Assembly (NCBI GenBank): GCA_012032775.1
Contig: JAAUQO010000002.1
Coordinates: forward strand, 4,659 to 68,658
DNA from: Oscillochloris sp.
Lineage (GTDB): Bacteria; Chloroflexota; Chloroflexia; Chloroflexales; Chloroflexaceae
Direction: 5' to 3'
DNA length: 64,000 nt
The position numbers and the translations under genes are program-made. Of this stretch, positions 42,101 to 51,564 are shown in pieces. Under the pieces are notes generated by a model. That model was given only the letters and a program-made list of their open reading frames with translations. It searched no databases and was not told the DNA's origin. Every line of letters starts with the position of its first letter. Position 1 is the stretch's first letter.

Positions 42101-43336
42101 GCCATGCCGACGGCACTTGGCGCTGGTTTGTGACGTACGATGTGATCTTTAGTCGTGACGACGACGCGGCCAACTCAGGTGCTTCGTCAGGTGCTCGATA
42201 TCACTGCGCGTAAAAAGGCCGAGATGCAACTTGCCGTGGCTTTCGCTCGGCTTGAACAACTTAATGCCGACTTACAGCATTCCAGCAATTTGTTGCACAC
42301 AATCATTAACAGCCTGGAGGATTGCCTTGCGTTGCTCGACGTTCAAGGCCGGCTACTGATGGTTAATCGGGCATTTAGTGAACTTTGCCGTAGCGATGCT
42401 GCGGCGCTGATCGGCTGCAATTGGGACGCGATTGATCCATTCGGGATTGAGTTGATGCGCCCCGAGATCCGCGAAGGCAAGAGTTTTACCAGTCGCGAGC
42501 AGTTGGAGCGCGATGGATTCAGGCGATTTTTTGATCTCCAGGTTATTCCCCTGACTCCATTTCTTCATGCCGAATACCAGATAGTGTTGTACCTCACCGA
42601 TGTGACCGAGCAGCTTCAATTGCAGGAACTGAATGTTCGCAGCGAACGACTGGCGGCGATGGGTCGTCTTGCCGCCACTGTAGCCCACGAAGTTAACTCG
42701 CCGCTTCAGGCCATCCAGAACTTCCTGTTCCTGGCTGCGAACGACAATCCTCAGGAGCGCGACGGCTCGTTGAACATGATCGCCGAAGAGATCGACCGTA
42801 TCGGCGGGCTGATTCGGCGATTGCTCGAATTGCAACGGCCCGGCGATGATACGATCCGCCGGCTCGATATGAATACCCTGATCGAGCGGGTTCTGCGCCT
42901 CACGACAAGTACACTCAACCGCTATCAGGTGCAAATTAGTTTGCAGCTCAGTCGCCAGCCCGTTATTGTTATGGGTCACAGTAATCAGTTTACCCAGGTG
43001 CTGCTGAATTTGATCATGAATGCGATCGATGCCATGCCGAACGGCGGGACATTGACGATCCGCTCGAAGCGGCGCTCGTTGCGTCGCGAAGACAAGTTGC
43101 CCCGACCGTTACCCGCCAGGGTTGTTGAGATCGAGGTGTCCGATACCGGAGCCGGGATCCCTGCCGAAGCCTTTCCACTGCTTTTCGAAGCCTTTTATAC
43201 CACAAAGCCTTATGGAACCGGCCTGGGCCTGGCCACGAGCCGGCAGATTGTCGAGCAATTGGGCGGATGCATGACTGTGTGCAATCTGGAAGGCGGCGGC
43301 GCCGCGTTTACCATTCTGTTGCCGACGTTGGAGTAG
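39199..43336 (+). CDS. Giant cytoplasmic multi-PAS/GAF sensor histidine kinase (apparent frameshift ~42157-42170)
   Basis: ORFs 39199..42213 and 42155..43336 rejoin as ...VIFSRDDD-(G)RPTQVLRQVLDITARKKAE. Repeated PAS ends (DVTEQRRAEAALRASEERL, DITRRKRLEAE, DISAHKELE, DITDQRQAEE), a central GAF-like segment, H-box VAHEVNSPLQAI and HATPase (GTGLGLATSRQI). ATG 39208 has better SD spacing than 39199. Confidence 0.85.
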
Positions 43337-43361
43337 GCAACCCGGCCGGCAGAACCGTTTT

Positions 43362-43402
43362 TGTGCTGCGAGCCGGCGATTTCGTTACCGGCTCGCAGCA
43401 CA
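43362..43402. terminator. 15-bp hairpin between convergent kinase and amidohydrolase genes
   Basis: TGTGCTGCGAGCCGG (43362-43376) pairs with CCGGCTCGCAGCACA (43388-43402). No clean U-tract on either strand. Confidence 0.5.
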
Positions 43403-43484
43403 AAGGTTGTCGTTGTCGCGCCATCCCTGCATACGGGCAATAGGCCGAATGTGCTCCTGGTTACGGCCTACAGTTAGCGAACTT

Positions 43485-44903
43485 TTAGCGCGGCATCACG
43501 CCTTCCGGCAGCGGTGAAACGTAGGGCTTCCCGCCTTTGCGCCGCTTGAACTCGGCCTGGGCTTCAGCCAGCAGATCCGGCTTTGTGAACAGATCGATCC
43601 CGGCCAGCGCCATGCCCTTGGCGGCCAGCAGCATACCTTTGGCGCCGATGCTCGATCCCGACGAGGCCACGATCTGCCAGCTATGGGCCGGGGTGCCGAA
43701 GGGCCAGCAGGCCGTGGTAAGTTGGCCGGTGGGGGTGATCTGGCTGACATCGCCGACTTCGGTGGAGCCGGGCATGGTGATCGGAGTTGTGTTGGGCGCG
43801 AAGATCCCGCCCCAGAGCGGCTGATCGATCAACTCAGGCCCAAGTTCGTCGCGGACGCGCCGCTGATGCAGGGCGAATGATTGCGCCAAAGATCCGGATC
43901 CGAAGCTGCTCTGGATCTCCCTGGCAAAAGCCTGTTCTTCGGGCGTAAACTCAATTGGCCCACAGAGTTCGAGTTTCTCCAACAACAGTTGCCCTAACAC
44001 ATCATTCGGCAGCAGGTCGTAGCAACCGGTGACAAAGTCGATCTCGTGGCGCGTGCCGCTCATCAGCGCGGCGCCCTGGGCAATATCGCGCATACGAGCG
44101 TAGATCGCCTCGACCTGATCGCGCCGGGGCGCCCGTACGTAGTACCAGATCTGGGCGAAGGCCGGCACCACATTCGGCGCCTGACCACCGTGGGTGATCA
44201 CGCTATGAATGCGTGCCTCGGGGATAATATGTTCGCGCAAATAGTTCACGCCGATATCCATCAACATTGCGCCGTCCAGCGCGCTGCGGCCGTTATGCGG
44301 ATCGACGGCTGCATGCGAGGTGGTGCCGTAGAAATTGACCTTGAACGAGTTCATGGCCAGCGACGAGCCGGCCCAGATTGTGTTCATGTCGCCGGGGTGC
44401 CATGCGATCGCTGCATCCAGATCGTCGAAGGCGCCGGCGCGGGCCATAAATGTCTTGCCGACCAATGTTTCCTCGGCGGGGCAGCCGTAAAATCGAATGG
44501 TGCCGGGCAATTCTTCGGCTTCCAGGTGGGCCTTGATCGCCAGCGCCGCGCCGAAACTGGCCACCCCGAAGAGATTGTGGCCGCAGCCGTGGCCCGGGCC
44601 TTCCTGCTTGATCGGGCTGCGCGCGGAACTGAGTTGCTGCGAGAGGCCGGGCAGTGCGTCGTACTCACCCAGGATGCCGATCACCGGTGTGCCGTTGCCC
44701 CAACTTGCCACAAATGCCGTCGGCATATCGCCGCTGCCCCACTCAATCGTGAAGCCCGCCGCCGCCAGTTCCCTGGCCAGCAACTCACTCGCGAAGCTTT
44801 CCTGCAGCGCGATCTCGGGGTGATCCCAGATCTCGCGGGCCAGATAGGTTAGCTTTTCGTCCTGATCGTCCAGATACTCGATTGTGGTGGTACGAGTCGT
44901 CAC
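43485..44903 (-). CDS. M20-family amidohydrolase (AbgB / aminobenzoyl-glutamate hydrolase subunit B-like)
   Basis: 472 aa, GTG start with AAGGGGG SD. ...EIWDHPEIALQE...GILGEYDALPGLSQ...GHGCGHNLFG... characteristic of the M20D AbgB-like group. Confidence 0.82.
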   Translation of the reverse strand: MTTRTTTIEYLDDQDEKLTYLAREIWDHPEIALQESFASELLARELAAAGFTIEWGSGDMPTAFVASWGNGTPVIGILGEYDALPGLSQQLSSARSPIKQEGPGHGCGHNLFGVASFGAALAIKAHLEAEELPGTIRFYGCPAEETLVGKTFMARAGAFDDLDAAIAWHPGDMNTIWAGSSLAMNSFKVNFYGTTSHAAVDPHNGRSALDGAMLMDIGVNYLREHIIPEARIHSVITHGGQAPNVVPAFAQIWYYVRAPRRDQVEAIYARMRDIAQGAALMSGTRHEIDFVTGCYDLLPNDVLGQLLLEKLELCGPIEFTPEEQAFAREIQSSFGSGSLAQSFALHQRRVRDELGPELIDQPLWGGIFAPNTTPITMPGSTEVGDVSQITPTGQLTTACWPFGTPAHSWQIVASSGSSIGAKGMLLAAKGMALAGIDLFTKPDLLAEAQAEFKRRKGGKPYVSPLPEGVMPR

Positions 44904-45044
44904 GTAAGCCCCCTTTGATCAATGCAACATGCAGAATGCGGAATACCGGCCATGGATGTGCTGCATTATAGGCGACGTTGCGGATACTGCCGTACATCGG
45001 CTCAACCAATAGCACGGCGCGAAGAATCACAGATCGCGATACTC

Positions 45045-45097
45045 TTGGAATATGCCGTTGCACTATGCTATAGTTCTCTTGTGAATTGTGTCACAAT
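45045..45097 (+). promoter_or_regulatory. Putative promoter TTGGAA-18-TATAGT with a 6-1-6 palindrome (ATTGTGTCACAAT) just downstream
   Basis: TTGGAA at 45045-45050, TATAGT at 45069-45074, palindrome at 45085-45097, ahead of ATG 45114. Confidence 0.45.
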
Positions 45098-45113
45098 AAA
45101 TTGCGAGGCGATC

Positions 45114-45617
45114 ATGACCGACTTACAACAGCAATTTGAGCGGCTGGATACGCGCATTACCGTCTGGATGGCCGATCATAGTGTTGCGTTTTTACGGATT
45201 GGATTGGGGATCGTGTTTTTGTGGTTTGGGGCGTTGAAACTGTTTCCGGGGCTAAGCCCGGCGCAAGATCTGGCCACACGCACAATTGAAGTATTGAGCC
45301 TGGGGTTGATCGCGCCGGCTCTGAGCCTGCCCATCCTGGCGCTCTGGGAGTGTATGATTGGGATCGGGTTGATCAGCGGGCGCTGGATGCGCGCGACGTT
45401 ACTGCTGCTTTTGCTCCAGATGCTTGGCACGGTCACACCGCTGGTTTTGTTCCCAACTGAAGTGTTCAGCCAGGTGCCGTATGCGCCGACGCTGGAGGGC
45501 CAGTACATCATCAAGAATATTGTGCTGGTTAGTGCTGCCCTGGTGATCGGCAGCACGGTTCGTGGTGGGCGGATTGTCGCCGAGCCGGGATCGCAGCCAT
45601 TCAACGACGGGCGCTAA
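45114..45617 (+). CDS. DoxX/DUF417-like integral membrane protein
   Basis: Start at ATG 45114 (MTDLQQQFERL). Four hydrophobic helices, ...GLGIVFLWFGALKLFPG... and ...EGQYIIKNIVLVSAALVIG motifs. Confidence 0.6.
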   Translation: MTDLQQQFERLDTRITVWMADHSVAFLRIGLGIVFLWFGALKLFPGLSPAQDLATRTIEVLSLGLIAPALSLPILALWECMIGIGLISGRWMRATLLLLLLQMLGTVTPLVLFPTEVFSQVPYAPTLEGQYIIKNIVLVSAALVIGSTVRGGRIVAEPGSQPFNDGR

Positions 45618-45700
45618 AAACGGTTCATGCGGTTCGATCAGCGAATCTGAGAAGTTCTGGGTGCAGCGGCAGGCTATGGCTGTTCGTGAGGAGGTGCGTG

Positions 45701-46129
45701 ATGGAGAACTCGCCGACGTGTCGGGTGGTGCGTGACGACGACAGCTACGAGGGAAAGCAAGGATTGACCTATATGGCCGGAATTTCGGCCGAGCGAGTTG
45801 GCGCCCAGGCGATCTGTATGCATCTGTTGCGTTTGCCGCCCGGCGCACGCGCCAAAGCGCATCTCCATCAGTCTCACGAAACCGCGATCTATGTGCTGAG
45901 TGGGCGAGCCGGAATGTGGTTCGGCGAGAATCTGGCCGAGCATCTGGTGGTACAGGCCGGCGAGTATCTGTACATCCCGGCCGGTGTGCCGCATCTGCCG
46001 TACAATCCCGGCCCCACTGAAGCAGTGGCGGTGCTGGCGCGCACCGACCCGAACGAGCAGGAGAGCGTGCTGTTGCGGCCTGATCTTGATGCGATCCACG
46101 GCCCTGATGAAGTTGGCCCCGGTATGTAA
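45701..46129 (+). CDS. Cupin-domain protein
   Basis: GAGGAGG SD before ATG 45701. ...PPGARAKAHLHQSHETAIYVLSGRAGMWFGE...GEYLYIPAGVPHLPYN equals cupin motifs 1 and 2. Confidence 0.72.
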   Translation: MENSPTCRVVRDDDSYEGKQGLTYMAGISAERVGAQAICMHLLRLPPGARAKAHLHQSHETAIYVLSGRAGMWFGENLAEHLVVQAGEYLYIPAGVPHLPYNPGPTEAVAVLARTDPNEQESVLLRPDLDAIHGPDEVGPGM

Positions 46130-46139
46130 GATACAGGGT

Positions 46140-46169
46140 CGGGCAGGCGATAGGGCATGGGCCTGCCCG
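46140..46169. terminator. Hairpin between convergent cupin and VanW genes
   Basis: CGGGCAGGC (46140-46148) pairs with GCCTGCCCG (46161-46169). Confidence 0.5.
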
Positions 46170-46191
46170 GCTGTAGCCTGTCTCCGGTTGT

Positions 46192-47436
46192 CTAACTCCT
46201 GGCTTGCGGTTCCTGGCGCCCGTCGTCTGCATCCTCCGGCGGTATAGGCGGGGTTTCGTAGCTGGTGATCGTGCGTTCACGGCGAACGCTGCCGTCGGCG
46301 GCGGTGATGCGACGGACGTTGTGGATCTCTAGTCCGCCGTTCCGCTCGACGGGCGGATCGACGGCAACCGTGCGCCCATCGTTGCGGCCCCAGATGGTGA
46401 GACTGGCCCGGCCGCCGGTAACATGGGTGCTGAGATACAACCGGTGTTCGCTGTTGTTGGCAATCCGCAGATCAAGGCCGGGTAGATAGATCGCCGCGTC
46501 CATCCCCGGCAGATCGTCGTAGGCGCTGAGCCGGTAGCGGTGGGCCTGGCGCTCTACAATCGGCAAACCGGCCATCCACGCAGCCCGGTAGAGCAGTGTC
46601 GAAACGCTACAAATACCACCGCCGACCACATTGTTCACCACTTCGCCGCCGACAATCGCCGTGCCGGGTTTGTAGCCTGCCTCGGCTGTGATCGGCCCGA
46701 TTGCGCCTAAGAAGCTGAATGTGCCGCCCGGCTCAATCATTACGCCGTCTAATGTCGCGGCCGCCAATTCGATATTGTGGCCGTCGTTGGTGTGGGGCGG
46801 GTAGTGGATTGAAACCGTTGCCAGCGCTGTGAGCGCCGGGCCGGGCATGCGTTCGGCCGGCGTGAGTGCGCGTTCGGCCAGCCATGATCCCAATGGTGCT
46901 TGCCGCACTTCATCCTCGCGGTAGCTCAAAATCGTCCGTTCGAAATACTGCACCAGCAACGCTTCTCCGGCGGCTGTGATCTCGACAAACTCCTGCGAGA
47001 TCGGGTGGCCGAGCAACGCCGTGCCGCCGTTGTGCTGATGGTACCAACCAAAGGCGCCGCCGAGCGTATGCCCCGATGCGGCGACATACACGTATCCCGG
47101 CGCCGGAATGGTGTCGGCGGGCAACCAACTGAATGGCGGCTCGTGTTCGCGGCCGGCGGCCAGGATACTGCCGAGCCGCGTCGGCAGCACAACCGTGCCA
47201 TGCAATTCCAACCGCGCATTGGTGAAATACTGCACCGGAATGCCGAGTTCTTTATCGGTAAGCCTGTCGCTCAACGGCTCGCCGAATCGCTCGATTCCAC
47301 CGTGCGCCTGCACAAACTCCAGGAATATCCCATCGACGATAAAGCCGTTCCGATCGAGCACCGGCGCTGTCGCCGCCGCCGCCCGGCCTGGGAAAATTGA
47401 AAGTATCAATGCGCCAACAAGCAACATCGCCCGCAT
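46192..47436 (-). CDS. Secreted VanW-family protein (second paralog in window)
   Basis: Signal peptide MRAMLLVGALILSIFPGRAAAA (ATG 47436, SD GTGAGG). VanW core GTFSFLGAIGPITAEAGYKPG...GGGICSVSTLLYRAAWMAGLPIVERQAH. Confidence 0.82.
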   Translation of the reverse strand: MRAMLLVGALILSIFPGRAAAATAPVLDRNGFIVDGIFLEFVQAHGGIERFGEPLSDRLTDKELGIPVQYFTNARLELHGTVVLPTRLGSILAAGREHEPPFSWLPADTIPAPGYVYVAASGHTLGGAFGWYHQHNGGTALLGHPISQEFVEITAAGEALLVQYFERTILSYREDEVRQAPLGSWLAERALTPAERMPGPALTALATVSIHYPPHTNDGHNIELAAATLDGVMIEPGGTFSFLGAIGPITAEAGYKPGTAIVGGEVVNNVVGGGICSVSTLLYRAAWMAGLPIVERQAHRYRLSAYDDLPGMDAAIYLPGLDLRIANNSEHRLYLSTHVTGGRASLTIWGRNDGRTVAVDPPVERNGGLEIHNVRRITAADGSVRRERTITSYETPPIPPEDADDGRQEPQARS

Positions 47437-47592
47437 GATATGCCTCACCTACCCGGCGGCCCATACCGCCGCTCGCAGGTTGTACCGTCGAAAAGTCCAC
47501 GATGATACGGGGAAAGGCAGGAAAGGTTTATGCATGTTGCTCCGTCCTTCTTATGCGAACGACAACATCCCCATCACAGAAGGAGAACGATC

Positions 47593-50500
47593 GTGCGACA
47601 TACCCACCCCCTGGCAATGCTCGCTCTTTGTATGCTGTTGGTATTTACCGGCACAATGCCGGCAACTGCGCCGCGTGCCTATGCCGGCCCCGGCGACTCG
47701 CCGCCGCAGCGCAGTAGTGTGTATAACGGCAGCAGTCGCGTGCAATACACCTACCGCCCGGACTTCAACATTAGTGGTGCGATGACGATCGAGGCATGGG
47801 TGTACCGCGAGGATTCCGCCCGTTGCGAAACGATCCTCTCCAACAATTACGCCAACTCGTACTGGTTGGGTTTCTGCCCGCGCCCGCGTTTCTACCGCCT
47901 CGGCGGTTCGGCGATCGATGCAACCCGTGATGTGCCGGCCTATCAGTGGACGCATGTGGCGGTGAGCTACGACGGCGCCACGGTGCGCTTTTACATCGAC
48001 GGCGAAGCGGCCGGTTCGGCGGCCCTTACGGCGAGCGGCAGCGGCGCGGCAAATCCGCTCATCGTCGGCGGCGACAGTGGCGGCTTTTACTTCGACGGCG
48101 CCCTGGATGAGGTACGGCTCTGGACGACGGCGCGTACCCAGGATGCAATTCAGGCCGGGATGTTCGCCGAGATCCGCGCTGCCGACGGCCTGTTGGCCGC
48201 GTTCGGCAATGGCGGCAACCTGGAGGAGATCGCCGGGATCAGCGGCAGCGTCTCGGGAACTGTTGCCACGCAAGTGATCGGTATGCTGCCGAGCGATTTA
48301 ACGATCCCGCAACTGCCGATTGCGCCGACGATCGACGGGAGTGTGGCCGCCGCCAGCGAATATATCGGCGCCGAACGCATGGTGCTGCGCTACCGCGACG
48401 GCGAGACCCTGCGCGATATGCCCGCGTACCTGGGTTACGACGCCGACAATCTCTACATCGGCGTACGCTTCGACGACCCGGCCAGTATTGCCGTCGAAGA
48501 TACGAACGACTACATCGCGCTCATGCTCGATCCGAACGGTTCGCGTGACGAATTGGCACAAGCCGACGATGTCCAGATCCGGGTGCCGCTCTACGCAAGT
48601 GCGCCGAGTTGGCTGGTTGGCGACGGAGCCGGCGGTTGGGTTGCACCGGCCGCGCCGCCGGAGTCCGGCCCCAGTGGCCTGTGGGATGCCGCTATCGGCT
48701 CCTGTGCCTCGGAGTTCGCGCCGCTGTGCGTCGAGATCCGGGTGAGCCGGTCGCTCTTTGGGCCTTTAAGTGAGATCGACAATCTGGCATTAGGACATTT
48801 CCGGCTCGATCTTGGTGGCGGCGACGCGGATTATCTGGCGCCGGGACAGGCCCAGGTCGCCGCGCCGGCTACATGGTCGCCGGTGGTATATGGCGGCTTC
48901 AGCGCAACCCTGCCGCGCGCACGCTTCTATGGTTGGGTGCATGATGTTGCGCTGGGATTTACCCCGATCGCCGGGTATGATGTGCTGCTTTACTACGGCT
49001 CGACGCCACTGTATCGCACGACAACCGGCGCCGACGGCAGCTTCTTCTTCAATGTCCCGATCCCGACCGGCGCAACCCTGCGGATCGCCATCCCCGGCTG
49101 CACCGGCTGTCGCTACGAGACTGCCACCAGCGGGCGAATCGATCTGGCGCCGACCAACCTCGGCTCGCTGCAAGTCGATTTCCCCGGCTGCGACAGCGGA
49201 ACTTGTCGTTATGATACCGTGCAATTCCGCCTGTTGCAGCCGATCGGCGTGACCAGCATCACAGGTTACAGTGTTGATCGCGGTTCGCCGCCGGTGCGCC
49301 TGCGTAACGATAGCGACCTGCGTACACCCGCCACGCGGCTACGGATCAACGGCGTGAATCTGCACGAGGCGATGGATGTCTACCTGGCCCGCGACATCCT
49401 CAACTGCACCCAACGCCCGCCGCGCGACGAATGCGAACGGAGCATTGTCCCGGTGCTGGATCGGGCGCTCGACGGCACATGGATCGAGGTGGAAGTGCCT
49501 GAATTCGCGGCGCCGATCCCGTACGGCGGTTACTACTGGGGGATCTATGATCGCTGGGTGCGGCCCGGCAACTCGGGAATTGGTACTGCGCCCTGGATCT
49601 ACGGCGCTGATTTCAGCCTCGTGCCGCCGAGCTACCCCGAGTTGTACGGGTTCGGCTTCGAGAACGAGGACGACGGCGCCGATATCGACGAGTTCTTGTC
49701 GGTGTACGGCAACAACGCCTATGTCTGCATCGGCCTGAAGGTCGGCGACACCTGCGCCGGCGTACGCGCTCCCGACCCGCTCTACTGGGGAATCTGGTTC
49801 CCGGTGTTCCACATCTGGATCGACCAGGCCAATGGCAGTTGCGTCGGGATGGCCGCCACCAGCCTGTTGATGGCTCGCTCGCTGCTTGATCCTGAGCGGT
49901 ATGATGCAAACGTGTTGTATCCGGCTGGATTTACCACGATCGGTAAACCGAAACGCTGGGATTACGGCACCTTCGGGCCGGTCTTCCAGGCGCCCGCGCC
50001 CGCCAACAACTGGAGCGAGATTCGCCGCAATCACGGTGTGCAAACCAGTGCCGAATTTCTGTCGGCCAGCATCGACGGGATGATCGCTGGGCCGACTGCG
50101 GTATTGGCACAGGTACGATCGGCCCCAACCAACTATGTGTTGTGTATGTCGCCGGGGCTTGGTTCGGGCCATTGTGTGACACCATTTGGGGTTGAGGACA
50201 TCAGCCCGACGCAGACCAACATCAAGATCTACGACAACAACTTCCCGAACAATCCGAACCGGATCGTCACGATCGACCCGAGCGCCGATACATTTACCTT
50301 CGCGCGTAGCAGCGGCGACTGGAGCGGTCGGATGATCTACGCAATTCCGATCAATGTCTGGCAGCGCGGGCGTTCCATGCCGCTCGACATTCCCGGCATC
50401 GTCACAACCGCGATTTTCGGCGCGGCCGACGGCATCTACAGCACCTCCGACGGCGGGCGCTGGGGCTTCGAGGATGACGGAACTGCGGTTGAGAGTATCC

Positions 50501-51219
50501 CCGGCGCAATCAGTTTCTCGCCCCTCAGCCAGGGCGCCGCAGCCGGCCGGGCCGCAGTTCTGGGCTTGCCGACCGCTGCGCCGTCACCCGAGGCGGATAT
50601 TCGCACCCACGGCGGCGATTACCTGTTCTTCGCGATGCAAGACGGCGTGGTGCTGCAACTCGCAGTTGATGCTGCGACGGACGGCGAGCGTGACGCTGCG
50701 GCACTTGGTTACGACGGCGGGAGTTTGCGCTCGCTTACTTTTAGCCCGCAGAGCGAACGTAACGCAATCGAGCCGCGGGTGGGCATGGAGTTGGGTGAGC
50801 GGGCGCGTGTGCTGTTCCGCTGGCGTGGGCTGAATATGCCCGGCGGCAGCGGCGAGTTCACGGCCCTGCCCGAAGCCCGTGGTGCGGAGTTCAGCAATGA
50901 TACCGGTAGTGAGCTGAGCTACGAGATTGTGTTGGAAGTGATCGACGGTGAAAGCGGCACGGCAGCCAGCCGCACCTTCGGCCCGTTCACCGTCCCAAAT
51001 GGCGCAACCCATCGCATGGTTATCGCCGATTGGCCGGCGAGCACCCAGTTGCTTTCGACGATCGATCTGAATGGCGACGGCACCCCGGAGAGTAGTGCGC
51101 CGGTCACAGGCACTATCTGCACGCCGCAGGATACCGACGGCGACGGTGCGCCCGATCTGTGTATTGCCGCTGCGCCTGCTGTGAACAACACGATCTACCT
51201 ACCGTTGCTGGCCAAATAG
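47593..51219 (+). CDS. Very large secreted multidomain protein (LamG/ConA-like lectin, CBM9-like, carboxypeptidase-regulatory-like and possible papain-like domains, Asp-rich Ca-binding-like repeats)
   Basis: GTG 47593 with GAAGGAGA SD and signal peptide. LamG block ...AMTIEAWVYRED...WTHVAVSYDGATVRFYIDGE...FDGALDEVRLWTTAR. Later DLNGDGTPE...DTDGDGAPD. The protein ends ...NNTIYLPLLAK. Confidence 0.8.
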   Translation: MRHTHPLAMLALCMLLVFTGTMPATAPRAYAGPGDSPPQRSSVYNGSSRVQYTYRPDFNISGAMTIEAWVYREDSARCETILSNNYANSYWLGFCPRPRFYRLGGSAIDATRDVPAYQWTHVAVSYDGATVRFYIDGEAAGSAALTASGSGAANPLIVGGDSGGFYFDGALDEVRLWTTARTQDAIQAGMFAEIRAADGLLAAFGNGGNLEEIAGISGSVSGTVATQVIGMLPSDLTIPQLPIAPTIDGSVAAASEYIGAERMVLRYRDGETLRDMPAYLGYDADNLYIGVRFDDPASIAVEDTNDYIALMLDPNGSRDELAQADDVQIRVPLYASAPSWLVGDGAGGWVAPAAPPESGPSGLWDAAIGSCASEFAPLCVEIRVSRSLFGPLSEIDNLALGHFRLDLGGGDADYLAPGQAQVAAPATWSPVVYGGFSATLPRARFYGWVHDVALGFTPIAGYDVLLYYGSTPLYRTTTGADGSFFFNVPIPTGATLRIAIPGCTGCRYETATSGRIDLAPTNLGSLQVDFPGCDSGTCRYDTVQFRLLQPIGVTSITGYSVDRGSPPVRLRNDSDLRTPATRLRINGVNLHEAMDVYLARDILNCTQRPPRDECERSIVPVLDRALDGTWIEVEVPEFAAPIPYGGYYWGIYDRWVRPGNSGIGTAPWIYGADFSLVPPSYPELYGFGFENEDDGADIDEFLSVYGNNAYVCIGLKVGDTCAGVRAPDPLYWGIWFPVFHIWIDQANGSCVGMAATSLLMARSLLDPERYDANVLYPAGFTTIGKPKRWDYGTFGPVFQAPAPANNWSEIRRNHGVQTSAEFLSASIDGMIAGPTAVLAQVRSAPTNYVLCMSPGLGSGHCVTPFGVEDISPTQTNIKIYDNNFPNNPNRIVTIDPSADTFTFARSSGDWSGRMIYAIPINVWQRGRSMPLDIPGIVTTAIFGAADGIYSTSDGGRWGFEDDGTAVESIPGAISFSPLSQGAAAGRAAVLGLPTAAPSPEADIRTHGGDYLFFAMQDGVVLQLAVDAATDGERDAAALGYDGGSLRSLTFSPQSERNAIEPRVGMELGERARVLFRWRGLNMPGGSGEFTALPEARGAEFSNDTGSELSYEIVLEVIDGESGTAASRTFGPFTVPNGATHRMVIADWPASTQLLSTIDLNGDGTPESSAPVTGTICTPQDTDGDGAPDLCIAAAPAVNNTIYLPLLAK

Positions 51220-51238
51220 GCGAGCGGAAGATCTTTTA

Positions 51239-51277
51239 TCGATGTGGTTGGGCGACTTTGCCGCCCAACCACATCGA
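51239..51277 (+). terminator. 16-bp hairpin downstream of the LamG-protein gene
   Basis: TCGATGTGGTTGGGCG (51239-51254) pairs with CGCCCAACCACATCGA (51262-51277). Confidence 0.6.
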
Positions 51278-51564
51278 AATGATCGTCTTTACCGTATTTA
51301 TAATTGAACATATGTTCGTATGGTATACTTACCCTGAATCCATTCAAGCAACCAATGGATAGATCACCGAACCAATACGATCCACTCGGTTATGGTTTCG
51401 CGGTTCTTACCGTAGGCACCGACAAAAATGACATCGCCGTCCATATCATGGCTCGGTTCGAAGGAAACGATCTGGAAGCGATCATCAACAGCTTGGATCG
51501 GCGGACAGGTCAGCCCGGCATCTGCGAGGATGAGCATAAAGTGTATGAAGCTGCGAGGTGGAGC

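Noticed and set aside
51304-51354. ORF-track start of ppc at 51304 (MNICSYGILTLNPFKQP)
   Set aside because: This stretch overlaps the AT-rich promoter-like region (TATACT at 51324-51329) and has no SD. ATG 51565 (or possibly 51355) is more plausible.
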